Assembly: GCA_964509215.1 (NCBI GenBank)
Contig: CAZDXK010000001.1
Span: 1-35,913 of the forward strand
Length of the DNA stretch: 35,913 nucleotides
Direction of reading: 5' to 3'
Source of the DNA: an uncultured Actinomycetes bacterium
Lineage (GTDB): Bacteria; Actinomycetota; UBA4738; HRBIN12
Shown: piece after piece, positions 35,383 to 35,913 of the stretch
Position numbering within the stretch: the stretch's first letter is position 1
Layout: each line of letters starts with the position of its first letter
Position numbers and translations under genes: made by a program
The notes under the pieces: model-generated
The model's input: only the letters and a program-made list of their open reading frames with translations
Databases searched by the model: none
What the model was told of the DNA's origin: nothing

Positions 35383-35610
35383 ATGCCGCTCATCAACGTG
35401 AAAGTGATCGAAGGCGTCTTCTCGGACGAGCAGAAGGGGGCGATCGTCCGAGGACTGACCGACGCCATGGTCGTGATCGAGGGCGAGAACATGCGGCCGG
35501 TCACGTGGTGCGTGATCGATGAGGTGCGCAGCGGTGACTGGGGCATCGGCGGCGATGCGCTGACGACCGACGCAGTGAAGAAGCTGGCAGCCGGCGTGCC
35601 GGTCGGCTGA
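35383..35610 (+). CDS. 4-OT-family tautomerase, copy B
   Basis: Identical to 17523..17750. Confidence 0.85.
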   Translation: MPLINVKVIEGVFSDEQKGAIVRGLTDAMVVIEGENMRPVTWCVIDEVRSGDWGIGGDALTTDAVKKLAAGVPVG

Positions 35611-35715
35611 TCGCTCGATACCCGTCCGAGCAAGCCTGGGCATCCCTCCCCGCGAGACCCGGAGCCCGGATCGAGGCACGAAGCTTCATCGAATCACCGG
35701 GTGCCACCACGGAAG

Positions 35716-35747
35716 GAAGCCCGGAGCCCCTTGTGGCTCCGGGCTTC
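35716..35747 (+). terminator. 13-bp GC hairpin, copy B
   Basis: Identical to 17856..17887. Confidence 0.4.
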
Positions 35748-35859
35748 TCATGCAGGGCTGACGTTCGTCGGATTCGACAGCACGCGGCAGGATACATCCA
35801 TGAGTCGCGTTTCTCGGCGCCTACTCACGTCCTTCATGACAGACCAACGGTTCTGCTTG

Positions 35860-35913
35860 TGGGCGCTAGAGGATTTGAACCTCTGACCTCTTCCGTGTCA
35901 GGGAAGCGCTCTC
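35860..35913 (-). tRNA. tRNA-Val (anticodon GAC), 3' 54 nt; the 5' part lies beyond the window end
   Basis: Minus-strand reading GAGAGCGC-TTCC-CTGACAC-GGAAG-AGGTC-AGAGG-TTCAAAT-CCTCT-AGCGCCC-A: anticodon stem-loop with GAC, 5-nt variable loop, perfect T-arm, acceptor 3' strand and discriminator A. CCA is not encoded (next bases CAAGCAG). Confidence 0.85.

Larger units (their letters stand above)
19044..35905. repeat. Copy B of the ~16.86-kb direct repeat (partner 1183..18045)
   Basis: See copy A. The right end is continuous with the remainder of the tRNA-Val gene. Confidence 0.95.

Noticed and set aside
1-35913. Circular-replicon overlap, or a concatemer artefact, as the sole explanation of the repeat
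   Set aside because: A concatemerised circle would repeat everything with one period. Here the left flank (1-1182) and the spacer (18046-19043) are unrelated, and the second copy runs on into the tRNA body. Other kinds of mis-assembly cannot be excluded from sequence alone, so this stays as an alternative in the main finding.
1-35913. CRISPR arrays, rRNA genes, IS elements with terminal inverted repeats
   Set aside because: No regularly spaced repeat-spacer arrays, rRNA-like sequence or transposase-like ORFs were seen on either strand. The only short tandem repeats are two-unit 7-12-mers near the tRNA fragments.

Overview
High-GC, Actinomycetota-like window. It is dominated by one ~16.86-kb segment present twice in direct orientation: copy A 1183-18045 and copy B 19044-35905, offset 17,860 bp. 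Every ORF-track translation is identical between the copies. I saw only two DNA differences, both in the first 45 bp. The copies are separated by a 998-bp unique spacer (18046-19043) and preceded by an unrelated 1.18-kb left flank. The window ends inside a tRNA-Val(GAC) gene on the minus strand.

Each copy carries a tightly packed minus-strand operon with overlapping stop/start codons:
- a HyuA/HyuB-type hydantoinase/oxoprolinase pair
- a DUF917 protein plus a second hydantoinase-A-like protein
- a five-component Opp/Dpp-type ABC importer

Downstream of the operon lie a decayed class III nucleotidyl-cyclase domain and a gene fusing a Lys/Thr/Ala-rich basic tail to a DUF1918-like domain. Upstream lie a DUF1059-like mini-gene, a decayed SAM-methyltransferase and a VOC-family gene. 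Next comes a 2-kb islet bracketed by 3' fragments of tRNA-Val(GAC). The islet holds an alpha/beta-hydrolase-fold/LuxR-HTH fusion lacking the nucleophile Ser, divergent from a 4-OT-family tautomerase.

The spacer contains a 46-nt tRNA-Ala(GGC)-like 3' fragment, short tandem repeats and a small SD-preceded ORF. No integrase, transposase, CRISPR array or rRNA was recognised.

The most notable signal is this att-fragment-delimited, apparently perfect duplication of a catabolic segment at a tRNA gene. It may be a tandem island array, an amplification, or an assembly artefact that needs read-level verification.
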